From NCBI RefSeq assembly GCF_036588685.1, contig NC_086384.1:59272001-59336000 (forward strand): a stretch of DNA of 64,000 nt, written 5' to 3'. The position numbers were made by a program, and so were the translations under genes. Shown here in pieces: positions 38,401 to 51,228 of this stretch. The notes under the pieces were generated by a model that did not search any database, was not told the origin of the DNA, and was given only the letters and a program-made list of their open reading frames with translations. The number at the start of each line of letters is the position of its first letter. Position 1 is the stretch's first letter. The stretch comes from Mytilus trossulus (taxonomy: Eukaryota).

Positions 38401-38648
38401 AATACACATAAACCATGGTCAAACCAATGCACAGAAACCATGGCCAAAGTAATACACAGAAACCATGGCCAAACCAATACACAGAAACCAGGGTCAAACC
38501 AATACATATAAACCATGGCCAAACCAATACACAGAAACCATGGCCAAACCAATACACAGAAACCATGGCCAAACCAATACAAATAAACCATGGCCAAACC
38601 AATACATATCAAACATGGCCATACCAATACACATAAAACATGGTCAAA
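35476..38648. repeat. 25-bp minisatellite (~125 copies) upstream of gene 5
   Basis: Unit aaaccatggccaaaccaatacaca(t/g), with variant blocks. Confidence 0.95.
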
Positions 38649-39413
38649 CAAGGTTTACAACGACGATGAAATTATAGGTGAAAATAAATATCAACACACA
38701 GGAACAGACATGTTAGACAATAAACAGTGATTACGCTCAAAATGCAGAAAGAATATAGCGAAAAGAATTTTACTCTGATCCTTCATTTTAGAGGGAACAA
38801 AACACACACAAATTGTTCGTATTTTACCAAAACGTAATTTATTTTGAATTTTGTATGCATAATTTGGTAATGGTATGATTACCTCTGCCTTTTAAAGTCA
38901 GGAGCCTGTTATCAAGTGGTTGTTGATTGCTGAATGCAACATTTGATTTTAGTATATACTTATAGTATTAACCATATCGCTGTCAAATAATTTGTTCACA
39001 TTCCATCATGCCAGAGCCTTTGGTTTTGCTCATTGTTGAAGTTCATACGGACTTAATTGTCCCTATTGGCAGTCCAAGTTGTATCCATTGACGGCCTTTT
39101 TAGATTTGTAGGTATTTTATAGCTGATTAGTCGGTATAGTCACGGTATGGCCATCAACAACAAGCAAAGCCGTCACCACATAGTCAGCTATACAAGGTCC
39201 ATATGCCAATATAAAGTTATAAATTTAAATCTTTGCCTATAAATGTGTATCTTGATAATCCGCATTAAACTAATTACTAGGACATAATTAATACTCGAGT
39301 CTTTATAGTTTCTTTGGATTAAAATTTCAAGTTTCAAAAATAGATTTATATATGACTTGAACAACAATACACAGTGACATACTACGCGTGGTTTGTGAAA
39401 TACAGTTTTATAT

Positions 39414-40284
39414 ATGATGGAATTGTCATATATTGTAACACTTCTATGTCTACCATCAATATTCTCTGATCCAACAGGATGCACTTACAACGCAGACACA
39501 GTACTTTACACTTGTAATGCCAGACTTTGGGCACTTCCGTTAGTATTTTCCTCCTTCACTAATCAACCACAGAGACTGTTGCTGAAAGACGTTGATGGAG
39601 AACTTCCGGCGTCTGCTCCTAACGGTCCAACATTTACAGGATTTAGTGCAATTGACACTTCATTGTTTGACATCAGATTTCCAGCGTCATTCCACATCAT
39701 GTGCTTTGCGAACACAAGTCTAATCATATTTAAGGACACATTTCAAGATTTAGGATTTATTGACGAGGTGATCATTCAAGACTGTAATATTTTATCACTT
39801 CCGGTGCAAGTATTTTCGTATTTTGGTGAGGTAAACTCGTTTATCATACAAGGAGGGTCAATAAACAATATGGTGGCAGATAGCTTTAATGGACTTGACG
39901 TAAAACCAATTCCAGCTTCACTGACCCCAAAAGGAGAATTCGTATTACAAAATACCCAGGTTATATCTCAAAGTTTAGCGTTTGGAGTTTTCTATAATAT
40001 ATACAATGTAACAACTATGGTACTCGACAACATCGACATAACGTCAATTACCAAAGACACGTTTTATGCTAATCCATATCTGACAAATTTAACAATCAGT
40101 AACAACAATATAGCTAGTCTCCCTAGTCTACTGTTTGGATCATCGCATTCATTGGAGTTCCTGTCCTTTTGGGGTTTGCCATGGATTTGTACTTGTAGTG
40201 ATCTCTGGATTGTCCCTTACGTCATCAACAACAATATAACCCTGTACGGAGACTTGATATGCTCATCACCCGTAGCTCAATCTA
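39414..40284 (+). CDS. LRR-TM gene 5, exon 1
   Basis: Signal peptide, DPTGCTYN cap, LRRs and WICTCSDLW...LICSSP; donor TCTA|GTAAGT, phase 1. Confidence 0.9.
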
Positions 40285-41761
40285 GTAAGTAAAATTATTA
40301 GACAAGTATAAAAACATATACTGAAATATGATAGGTCAATAGTTAAAGTCGAGATTCGTGGCCAAAACCCACCGTAGACGATATCTGATACTATTAATTG
40401 TAAGCCCTACCGGTTAAGAACTATATGTTAACATTCAGTCTGGCAGTCCGTTTGTCGGTCTGTCATGCTTGAATTTTCTGGAGATTTGTTTCACTGATAT
40501 CAATAAAACTGTACAATGAGACAAATCACGGGTTTTCTTCTGGGTGAGTGGTTTCTGTAGAAGTTTGCAATCGTTTGACGCAGGAAATTAATGTTTTGTA
40601 CTTTTGTAGATAGTTGTCTCATTAGCAATCATACCATATCTCCTTATGTTAAAAAAGATATTAATAACTTGATCATATGGTAAAAATAAACAGATCGAGT
40701 CTGGCATTCGTTCAACTTGAGTTTTTACCCTAAGACATGATGGAAGATTACTTGAATATTTTTCTATAATGAATGTAAGTCCTGAAGATCAGTATGCAAA
40801 ACCAAATACATTTCAAAAGAACAGTATAACTACATGTAAACTAGAATGATTGCGGACATGAAAGGCTAAAAGAGGGAAAAGAAGTGGACTAATGGTTACC
40901 TAGGTCTATTACTTAAAGGAAATAGTACTTATAAAAAATAAGTACTTACGGAATTCGAATCACTAGACGATATAAAGATCCTAATGTCTTATTCATAGTA
41001 CCACTGACATGCTTATATGAATTCAAACAAATAATGTGTTCATCTTTCGAGCATTAAAGTCATAAGAAACCTCAAATTAAAAAAATAATGCATATGTTTT
41101 TTTGTCACTCAACTTATGTACATACATAAAATTCTTTAATTTGTTCATATTTAGAAGAAGTTTCCTTTATTTTAATTGCTTCCAGGAAGCAATTCCCCGA
41201 CATGATTTCCTTATGCAAAGTAACCTCAGTGTGACCCATCTCGTAAAAATCTGGTGATCGCAATACGCATGGATGTCCTTAAAAAAACTATTACCTGATT
41301 GTACATGTTAAGACACGTGTTCAATATCCATACTTTTTTATTGATTGTTGACAAACAGGTGACAATCGTTAACATTTGTCTTCAAAACACGAACTTTAAT
41401 TACCTGTCATATTTTTACAGCAACACTGACCGATTGAAAAAAAAATGACGATTATACGAAATTTATGCGAAAAAATGATAAAATCGTGCACAGAAGACTA
41501 AGTTTATGATATTTGTATGCATTGTATATATCTGTTTAGAGTCCAGCTGAAGGACGCCTCCGGGTGCGGAAATTTCTCGTTACATTGAAGACCTGTTGGT
41601 GACCTTCTGTTATTGTTTTTTTATGGTCGGGTTGTTGTCTCTTTGATACATTTCCCATTTCCATTCTCAATTTTATTGGTTCAAGAATTGGAATAACATT
41701 ATTTTTCAACGGTCACTCGTTTCATATGACTTATGTATTCAGATTTTTTTGTATATTTTAG

Positions 41762-41827
41762 ATACAAAAGTGACGTCATATTATGCAGCCAATTGTTTGA
41801 ACTATGATGTATGTCAAGGAGAAGCAG
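41762..41827 (+). CDS. LRR-TM gene 5, exon 2 (NTKVTSYYAANCLNYDVCQGEA)
   Basis: tattttag acceptor and CAG|GTTTGT donor; 66 nt. Confidence 0.85.
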
Positions 41828-44800
41828 GTTTGTTTCGTTGATCTACTATTTAAAGTACAGTTTCCAAACTATGATGTATGTCAAGGAGAAGCAGGTTTGT
41901 TTCGTTAATCTACTATTTAAAGTACCGTTTCCAAACTATGATGTATGTCTAGGAGAAGCAGGTTTGTTTCGTTGATCTACTATTTAAAGTACCGTTTCCA
42001 AACTATGATGTATGTCTAGGAGAAGCAGGTTTGTTTCGTTGATCTACTATTCAAAGTACCGTTTCCAAACTATGATGTATGTCAAGGAGAAGCAGGTTTG
42101 TTTCGTTAATCTACTATTTAAAGTACCGTTTCCAAACTATGATGTATGTCAAGGAGAAGCAGGTATGTTTCGTTGATCTACTATTTAAAGTACCGTTTCC
42201 AAACTATGATGTATGTCAAGGAGAAGCAGGTTTGTTTCGTTGATCTACTATGTTAAAGTACCGTTTCCAAACTATGATGTATGTCAAGGAGAAGCAGGTT
42301 TGTTTCGTTGATCTACTATTTAAAGCACCGTTTCCAAACTATGATGTATGTCAAGGAGAAGCAGGTTTGTTTCGTTGATCTACTATTTAAAATACCGTTT
42401 CCAAACTATGATGTATGTCAAGGAGAAGCAGGTTTGTTTCGTTGATCTACTACCGTATAGCGGGTTATTTTCGCGGGTGTAAAATTTCGCGATTTTCATT
42501 GAACAAGGTATACGAAATATTTTAGCGGTTATGATTTTGGCGGATGAAAACTTTTATTTATACCTTTGCATGTACACCTTTAATTTCGCGGAATTTATTT
42601 TGGCGATTTTCTTCTATCCCCGAAAATAAGCGAAAATTTACACCCCCGCGAAAATAACCCGCTATACGATATTTAAAGTACCGTTTCCAAACTATGATGT
42701 ATGTCAAGGAGAAGCAGGTTCGTTTCGTTGATCTACTATTTAAAGTACCGTTTCCAAATTATGATGTATGTCAAGGAGAAGCAGGTTTGTTTCGTTGATC
42801 TACTATTTAAAGTACCGTTTCCAAACTATGATGTATGTCAAGGAGAAGCAGGTTTGTTTCGTTGATCTACTATTTAAAGTACCGTTTCCAAACTATGACG
42901 TATGTCAAGGAGAAGCAGGATTGTTTCGTTGATCTACTATGTTAAAGTACCGTTTCCAAACTATGATGTATGTCAAGGAGAAGCAGGTTTGTTTCGTTGA
43001 TCTACTAAGTTAAAGTACCGTTTCCAAACTATGATGTATGTCAAGGAGAAGCAGGTTTGTTTCGTTGACTACTATTTAAAGTACCGTTTCCAAACTATGA
43101 TGTATGTCTAGGAGAAGCAGGTTTGTTTCGTTGATCTACTATTTAAAGTACCGTTTCCAAACTATGATGTATGTCAAGGAGAAGCAGGTTTGTTTCGTTA
43201 ATCTACTATTTAAAGTACCGTTTCCAAACTATGATGTATGTCAATGAGAAGCAGGTATGTTTCGTTGATCTACTATTTAAAGTACCGTTTCCAAACTATG
43301 ATGTATGTCAAGGAGAAGCAGGTTTGTTTCGTTGATCTACTATGTTAAAGTACCGTTTCCAAACTATGATTTATGTCTAGGAGAAGCAGGTTTGTTTCGT
43401 TAATCTACTATTTAAAGTACCGTTTCCAAACTATGATGTATGTTAAGGAGAAGCAGGTTAGTTTCGTTGATCTACTATGTTCAAGTACCGTTTCCAAACT
43501 ATGATGTATGTCAAGGAGAAGCAGGTTTGTTTCGTTAATCTACTATTTAAAGTACCGTTTCCAAACTATGATGTATGTCAATGAGAAGCAGGTATGTTTC
43601 GTTGATCTACTATTTAAAATACCGTTTCCAAACTATGATGTATGTCAAGGAGAAGCAGGTTTGTTTCGTTGATCTACTATGTTAAAGTACCGTTTCCAAA
43701 CTATGATGTATGTCAAGGAGAAGCAGTTTTGTTTCGTTGATCTACTATTTAAAGCACCATTTCCAAACTATGATGTATGTCAAGGAGAAGCAGGTTTGTT
43801 TCGTTGATCTACTATTTAAAGTACTGTTTCCAAACTATGATGTATGTCAAGGAGAAGCAGGTTTGTTTCGTTGATCTACTATTTAAAAGTACCGTTTCCA
43901 AACTATGATGTATGTCAAGGAGAAGCAGGTTTGTTTCGTTGATCTACTATTTAAAGTACCGTTTCCAAACTATGATGTATGTCAAGGAGAAGCAGGTTTG
44001 TTTCGTTGATCTACTATTTAAAGTACCGTTTCCAAACTATGATGTATGTCAAGGAGAAGCAGGTTTGTTTCGTTGATCTACTATTTAAAGTACCGTTGCC
44101 AAACTATGACGTATGTCAAGGAGAAGCAGGTTTGTTTCGTTGATCTACTATGTTAAAGTACCGTTGCCAAACTATGATGTATGTCAAGGAGAAGCAGGTT
44201 AGTTTCGTTGATCTACTATGTTAAAGTACCGTTTCCAAACTATGATGTATGTCAAGGAGAAGCAGGTATGTTTCGTTGATCTACTATGTTAAAATACCGT
44301 TTCCAAACTATGATGTATGTCAAAGAGAAGCAGGTTTGTTTCGTTGATCTACTATTTAAAGTACCGTTTCCAAACTATGACGTATGTCAAGGAGAAGCAG
44401 GTTTGTTTCGTTGATCTACTATGTTAAAGTACCGTTTCCAAACTATGATGTATGTCAAGGAGAAGCAGGTTTGTTTCGTTGATCTACTATGTTAAAGTAC
44501 CGTTTCCAAACTATGATGTATGTCAAGGAGAAGCAGATTAGTTTCGTTGATCTACTATGTTAAAGTACCGTTTCCAAACTATGATGTATGTCAAGGAGAA
44601 GCAGGTTAGTTTCGTTGATCTACTATGTTAAAGTACCGTTTCCAATCTATGATGTATGTCAAGGAGAAGCAGGTTAGTTTCGTTGATCTACTATGTTAAA
44701 GTACCGTTTCCAAATTATGATGTATGTCAAGGAGAAGCAGGTTTGTTTCGTTGATCTACTATTTAAAGTACCGTTTCCAAACTATGATGTATGTCAAGGA

Positions 44801-44927
44801 GAAGCAGGTTTGTTTCGTTGATCTACTATTTAAAGTACCGTTTCCAAACTATGATATATGTCAAGGAGAAGCAGGTATGTTTCGTTGATCTATTTTATGT
44901 TTCAGTACCGTTTCAAAGCTGTGATGC
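41800..44927 (+). repeat. 67/68-bp tandem array of the gene 5 exon2/intron2 donor junction, ~43 copies
   Basis: Unit aactatgatgtatgtcaaggagaagcag|gtttgtttcgttgatctactatttaaagtaccgtttcca. The first copy is the real exon end; donors fall at 41827, 41894, 41961 and onward. Confidence 0.95.
42453..42669. mobile_element. 217-bp MITE with TA target-site duplication (Tc1/mariner-type)
   Basis: TIRs of ~38 bp (ccgtatagcgggttattttcgcggg... / ...cccgcgaaaataacccgctatacga). Flanking TA at 42451-52 and 42670-71; the empty site is seen in neighbouring units. Confidence 0.9.
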
Positions 44928-45664
44928 TTAGAAAAAACATATTTCAATATAAAAAAGAAGATGTGGTATGATTGCCAATGAGACAACTATCCACAAAAGA
45001 CCAAAATGTCACAAACATTAACAACTATCCACAAAAGACCAAAATGTCACAAACATTAACAACTATAGGTCACCGTACAGCCTTCAAAAATTAACAAAGC
45101 CCTTACCACATAGTCAGCTATAAAAGGCCCAGATAAGACAATGTGAAACAATTCAAACGAGAAAACTAACGGCCTTATGTATCTAAACACGTTGAAAGTT
45201 GTAATCATTTGTTATGGAACAAAAATGTATGACTTTAATTGATTATCATTAAGATGCAGTTACCGTCATCAAATAAAAATCACAAATACAATGACGAGAC
45301 AGCAAGAAAATAATAATGTAGAAAGATAATTGATTTGAAATTGTATGCTAAATGGTCAATGACAAATATTTCATGTAGAGTCAGGACGAGAGAACTTAGC
45401 AATGAATCCATTTTGGTGTTTTGAATAATGACTTGACCGGGATGTAAGGTTAACTAAAAGCTAAATGTACATCCTGAACAGCCATATATAAACCCCTTTT
45501 TAGTATCGGAAATGGGAGAGTAAATACTCTACAATTTGGGTAGAAAGGTTAGCATAGCATGTTATAATTATCCTCGTTGCATGTTGTACAATTTAACGAA
45601 TAAACAATCACATGTTTGAAATTACAGATTGTCAGTTGACAACTCTATATCTCACCTTTATATT

Positions 45665-48600
45665 GATTTATTGACGTGTGTGTACGCTCCCTGATTTATT
45701 GACGTGTGTGTACGCTCCCTGATTTATTGACGTGTGTGTAAGCTCCCTGATTTATTGACGTGTGTGTACGCTCCCTGATTTATTGACATCTGTGTACGCT
45801 TCCTGATTTATTGACGTGTGTGTACGCTCCCCGATTAATTGACGTGTGTGTACGCTTCCTGATTTATTGACGTGTGTGTACGCTCCCTGATTTATTGACG
45901 TGTGTGTAAGCTACCTGATTTATTGACGTGTGTGTAAGCTACCTGATTTATTGACGTGTGTGTAAGCTCCCTGATTTATTGACGTGTGTGTAAGCTCCCC
46001 GATTAATTGACGTGTGTGTACGCTCCCTGATTTATTGACGTGTGTTTAAGCGACCTGATTTATTGACGTGTGTGTAAGCTACCTGATTTATTGACGTGTG
46101 TGTAAGCTCCCTGAATTATTGACGTGTGTGTAAGCTCCCTGATTTATTTACTAGTGTGTAAGCTCCCTGATTTATTAACGTGTATGTTACCTACTTGATT
46201 TATTGACGTATGTGTAAGTTCCCTGATTTATTGACGTGTGTGTACGCTCTCTGATTTATTGACGTGTGTGTAAGCTCCCTGATTTATTGACGTGTGTGTA
46301 AGCTCCCCGATTTATTGACGTATGTGTAAGTTCCCTGATTTATTGACGTCTGTGTACGTTCCCTGATTTATTGACGTCTGTGTATGTTCCCTGATTTATT
46401 GACATCTGTGTAAGCTCCCTGATTTACTGACGTGTGTGTAAGCTCCCTGATTTGTTGACGTGAATGTTACCTCCCTGATGTATTGACGTGTGTGTAAGTT
46501 ACCTGATTTATTGACGTGTGTGTAAGCTACCTGATTTATTGACGTGTGTGTAAGCTCCCTGATTTTATTGACGTGTGTGTAAGCTCCCCGATTAATTGAC
46601 GTGTGTGTACGCTCCCTGATTTATTGACGTGTGTGTAAGCTACCTGATTTATTGACGTGTGTGTAAGCTCCCTGAATTATTGACGTGTGTGTAAGCTCCC
46701 TGATTTATTTACTAGTGTGTAAGCTCCCTGATTTATTAACGTGTATGTTACCTACTTGATTTATTGACGTATGTGTAAGTTCCCTGATTTATTGACGTGT
46801 GTGTTCGCTCCCTGATTTATTGACGTGTGTGTAAGCTCCCTGATTTATTGACGTGTGTGTAAGCTCCCCGATTTATTGACGTATGTGTAAGTTCCCTGAT
46901 TTATTGACGTCTGTGTACGTTCCCTGATTTATTGACGTCTGTGTATGTTCCCTGATTTATTGACATCTGTGTAAGCTCCCTGATTTACTGACGTGTGTGT
47001 AAGCTCCCTGATTTGTTGACGTGAATGTTACCTCCCTGATGTATTGACGTGTGTGTACGCTCCCTGATTTATTGACGTGTGTGTAGCTCCCCGATTTATT
47101 GACATGTGTGTACGCTTCCTGATTTATTGACATGTGTGTAAGCTTCCCGATTTATTAACGTGTATGTTACCTCCCTAATTTATTGACGTATGTTTAAGTT
47201 CCCTGATTGATTGACGTGTGTGTTACCTCTCTGATTTTTTGACGTTTGTGTAAGCTCCCTGATTAATTGACGTGTGTGTAAGCTCCCTGATTTGTTGACG
47301 TGAATGTTACCTCCCTGATGTATTGACGTGTGTGTACGCTCCCTGATTTATTGACGTGTGTGTAAGCTCCCTGAATTATTGACGTGTGTGTAAGCTCCCT
47401 GATTTATTGACGTGTGTGTAAGCTCCCTGATTTATTAACGTGTATGTTACCTACTTGATTTATTGACGTATGTGTAAGTTCCCTGATTTATTGACGTGTG
47501 TGTACGCTCCCTGATTTATTGACGTGTGTGTAAGCTCCCTGATTTATTGACGTGTGTGTAAGCTCCCCGATTTATTGACGTATGTATAAGTTCCCTGATT
47601 TATTGACGTCTGTGTACGTTCCCTGATTTATTGACGTATGTGTATGTTCCCTGATTTATTGACATCTGTGTAAGCTCCCTGATTTACTGACGTGTGTGTA
47701 AGCTCCCTGATTTGTTGACGTGAATGTTACCTCCCTGATGTATTGACGTGTGTGTAAGTTACCTGATTTATTGACGTGTGTGTAAGCTACCTGATTTATT
47801 GACGTGTGTGTAAGCTCCCTGATTTGTTGACGTGAATGTTACCTCCCTGATGTATTGACGTGTGTGTAAGTTACCTGATTTATTGACGTGTGTGTAAGCT
47901 ACCTGATTTATTGACGTGTGTGTAAGCTCCCTGATTTATTGACGTGTGTGTAAGCTCCCCGATTAATTGACGTGTGTGTACGCTCCCTGATTTATTGACG
48001 TGTGTGTAAGCTACCTGATTTATTGACGTGTGTGTAAGCTCCCTGAATTATTGACGTGTGTGTAAGCTCCCTGATTTATTTACTAGTGTGTAAGCTCCCT
48101 GATTTATTAACGTGTATGTTACCTACTTGATTTATTGACGTATGTGTAAGTTCCCTGATTTATTGACGTGTGTGTACGCTCCCTGATTTATTGACGTGTG
48201 TGTAAGCTCCCTGATTTATTGACGTGTGTGTAAGCTCCCCGATTTATTGACGTATGTGTAAGTTCCCTGATTTATTGACGTCTGTGTACGTTCCCTGATT
48301 TATTGACGTCTGTGTATGTACCCTGATTTATTGACATCTGTGTAAGCTCCCTGATTTACTGACGTGTGTGTAAGCTCCCTGATTTGTTGACGTGAATGTT
48401 ACCTCCCTGATGTATTGACGTGTGTGTACGCTCCCTGATTTATTGACGTGTGTGTAGCTCCCCGATTTATTGACATGTGTGTACGCTTCCTGATTTATTG
48501 ACATGTGTGTAAGCTCCCCGATTAATTAACGTGTATGTTTCCTCCCTAATTCATTGACGTATGTTTAAGTTCCCTGATTGATTGACGTGTGTGTTACCTC

Positions 48601-50277
48601 CCTGATTTATTGACGTTTGTGTAAGCTCCCTGATTAATTGACGTGTGTGTAAGCTCCCTGATTTGTTGACGTGAATGTTACCTCCCTGATGTATTGACGT
48701 GTGTGTACGCTCCCTGATTTATTGACGTGTGTGTAAGCTCCCCGATTTATTGACATGTGTGTACGCTTCCTGATTTATTGACATGTGTGTAAGCTCCCTG
48801 ATAAATTGACGTGTGTGTAAGCTCCCCGATTTATTGACGTGTGTGTAAGATCCCTGGTTTATTGACGTCTGTGTAAGCTCCATGATTTATTGACATCTGT
48901 TTAAGTTCCCTGATTTATTGACCTGTTTGTATGATCTCTGATTTATTGACGTCTGTGTAAGCTCCCCGATTTATTGACGTGTGTGTAAGCTACCTGATTT
49001 TTTGACGTGTGTGTAAGCTACCTGATTTGTTGACGTGAATGTTACCTCCCTGATGTATTGACGTGTGTGTACGCTCCCTGATTTATTGACGTGTGTGTAA
49101 GCTCCCTGATTTATTGACGTGTGTGTAAGCTCCCTGATAAATTGACGTGTGTGTAAGCTCCCCGATTTATTGACGTGTGTGTAAGCTCCCTGGTTTATTG
49201 ACGTCTGTGTAAGCTCCATGATTTATTGACATCTGTTTAAGTTCCCTGATTTATTGACCTGTTTGTATGATCTCTGATTTATTGACGTCTGTGTAAGCTC
49301 CCCGATTTATTGACGTGTGTGTAAGCTACCTGATTTTTTGACGTGTGTGTAAGCTCCCTGATTTATTGACGTGTGTGTAAGCTCCCCGATTTATTGACGT
49401 GTGTGTAAGCTCCCTGGTTTATTGACGTCTGTGTAAGCTCCCTGATTTATTGACGTGTGTGTAAGCTCCCCGATTTATTGACGTGTGTGTAAGCTCCCCG
49501 ATTTATTGACGTGTGTGTAAGCTTCCTGATTTATTGACGTGTGTGTAAGCTCCCCGATTTATTGACGTGTGTGTAAGCTACCTGATTTATTGACGTTTTT
49601 GTAAGCTCCCAGATTTATTGACGTCTGTGTAAGCTCCCTGATTTATTGACGTCTATGTAAGCTACCTGAATGTTACCTCCCTGATGTATTGACGATTTAT
49701 TGACGTCTGTGTAAGCTCCCTGATTTATTGACGTGTGTGTAAGCTCCCTGATTTATTGACGTGTGTGTAAGCTCCCTGATTTGTTGACGTGAATGTTACC
49801 TCCCTGATTTATTGACGTCTGTGTAAGCTACCTGATTTATTGACGTGTGTGTAAGCTCCCTGATTTATTGACGTGTGTGTAAGCTTCCTGATTTAATGAC
49901 GTGTGTGTAAGCTCCCTGATTTATTGACGTGTGTGTAAGCTCCCTGATTTGTTGACGTGAATGTTACCTCCCTGATGTATTGACGTGTGTATACGCTCCC
50001 TGATTTATTGACGTGTGTATACGCTCCCTGATTTATTGACGTGTGTGTAAGCTCCCTGATTTATTGACGTGTGTGTAAGCTCCCTGATTTATTGACGTCT
50101 GTGTAAGCTACCTGATTTATTGACGTGTGTGTAAGCTCCCTGATTTATTGACGTGTGTGTAAGCTCCCTGATTTATTGACGTGTGTGTAAGCTCCCTGAT
50201 TTATTGACGTCTGTGTAAGCTACCTGATTTATTGACCTGTGTGTAAGCTCCCTGATGTATTGACGTTTTTACGCTCC
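45665..50277. repeat. 28-bp minisatellite (~165 copies) in gene 5 intron 2, ending ~40 bp before the exon 3 acceptor
   Basis: Unit gatttattgacgtgtgtgtaagctccct, with repeated higher-order variant blocks. Confidence 0.95.
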
Positions 50278-50318
50278 ATCGTTTTTTTGTTTTATTCCTA
50301 TACATCAATTTTTTTCAG

Positions 50319-50938
50319 GTTTCGCCTCGTCTAACACGTGTGTAAAGGCAGTTGACATGGTAACGTACATATTGGCTGTACCTATAATAACTTTCACTGT
50401 TATAAGTTTAGTATGTATCACACAGTTGTTACTGTATGTTAAGAGAAATGAACAATTTATTCGTGAAATGATAGAAGTTCCAAACATTGATACACGAGAA
50501 GATAAGTTTGCAAAAGCATTAGCGGCAAAAATAGCAAAAAATGAAGAAACTACAGAAAACCGAAGCTTTTCGCATAATTGGTTAGGTGCCAAACGGAAGC
50601 TTATGATAGCAAGAGCCTTGTCGAAAAAGATTACTGCTAACCAATCAGATAATACTTTACCTGAGCATACAAAGCAATGGACTAACCAATCAAACAACCC
50701 GTTACATGGGGATACACAACAATGGAATGAATCATCCCAAGAGGTATATAGTGATAACGAATCAGATATAGAAGATTATGATGAGGACTATGAACTGCAG
50801 GATCTATCAACTTTACGAGGAGAAAGACTAACAAAGGCTCTGGAAGAAAAGATATTACGAGATTTAGAAAATATTCCTGTTGTTTCAGGTATTTGGGTTG
50901 CTGCCCCAAAGGGAGGTAAATCTGGACTTGAGTTTTAA
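50319..50938 (+). CDS. LRR-TM gene 5, exon 3 (GFASSNTC + TM + long tail with acidic patch, ending GLEF)
   Basis: ttttttttcag acceptor is in frame with ORF 50357..50938. TM segment YILAVPIITFTVISLVCITQLLLY; AATAAA at 51023. Confidence 0.85.
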
Positions 50939-51182
50939 TATTGTACACTAAAACAAAATCAACCAACAGTATGAATGTTCCAAATCATAATAAGTGATTA
51001 TCTTCTTGGATTTATTGATACTAATAAAATATATGTAAATCTTCATTGTATACTAATAAAAAAATTATAAATAAACTACTTCAGAAAATAAATTATTATT
51101 GTTCACCTTTGGAAATCACCAAAAAGGTAAAGTTGTTTTTTCAACTTTGCATTTAGTTGGCTTTTTAACTTTTTTGATCTGA

Positions 51183-51228
51183 GCGTCACTGATGTGAGTC
51201 TTATGTAGACGAAACGCGCGTCTGGCGT
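51183..51228 (+). other. Disrupted hammerhead motif (CTGATGTGA, 2-nt insertion) in a Penelope-like fragment
   Basis: Otherwise identical to 30022-30065. Confidence 0.55.

Noticed and set aside
35377-38677. Many Trp/Cys/His-rich or Pro/Asn-rich ORFs on both strands
   Set aside because: Translations of a 25-bp satellite in all frames; the unit does not match any exon junction.
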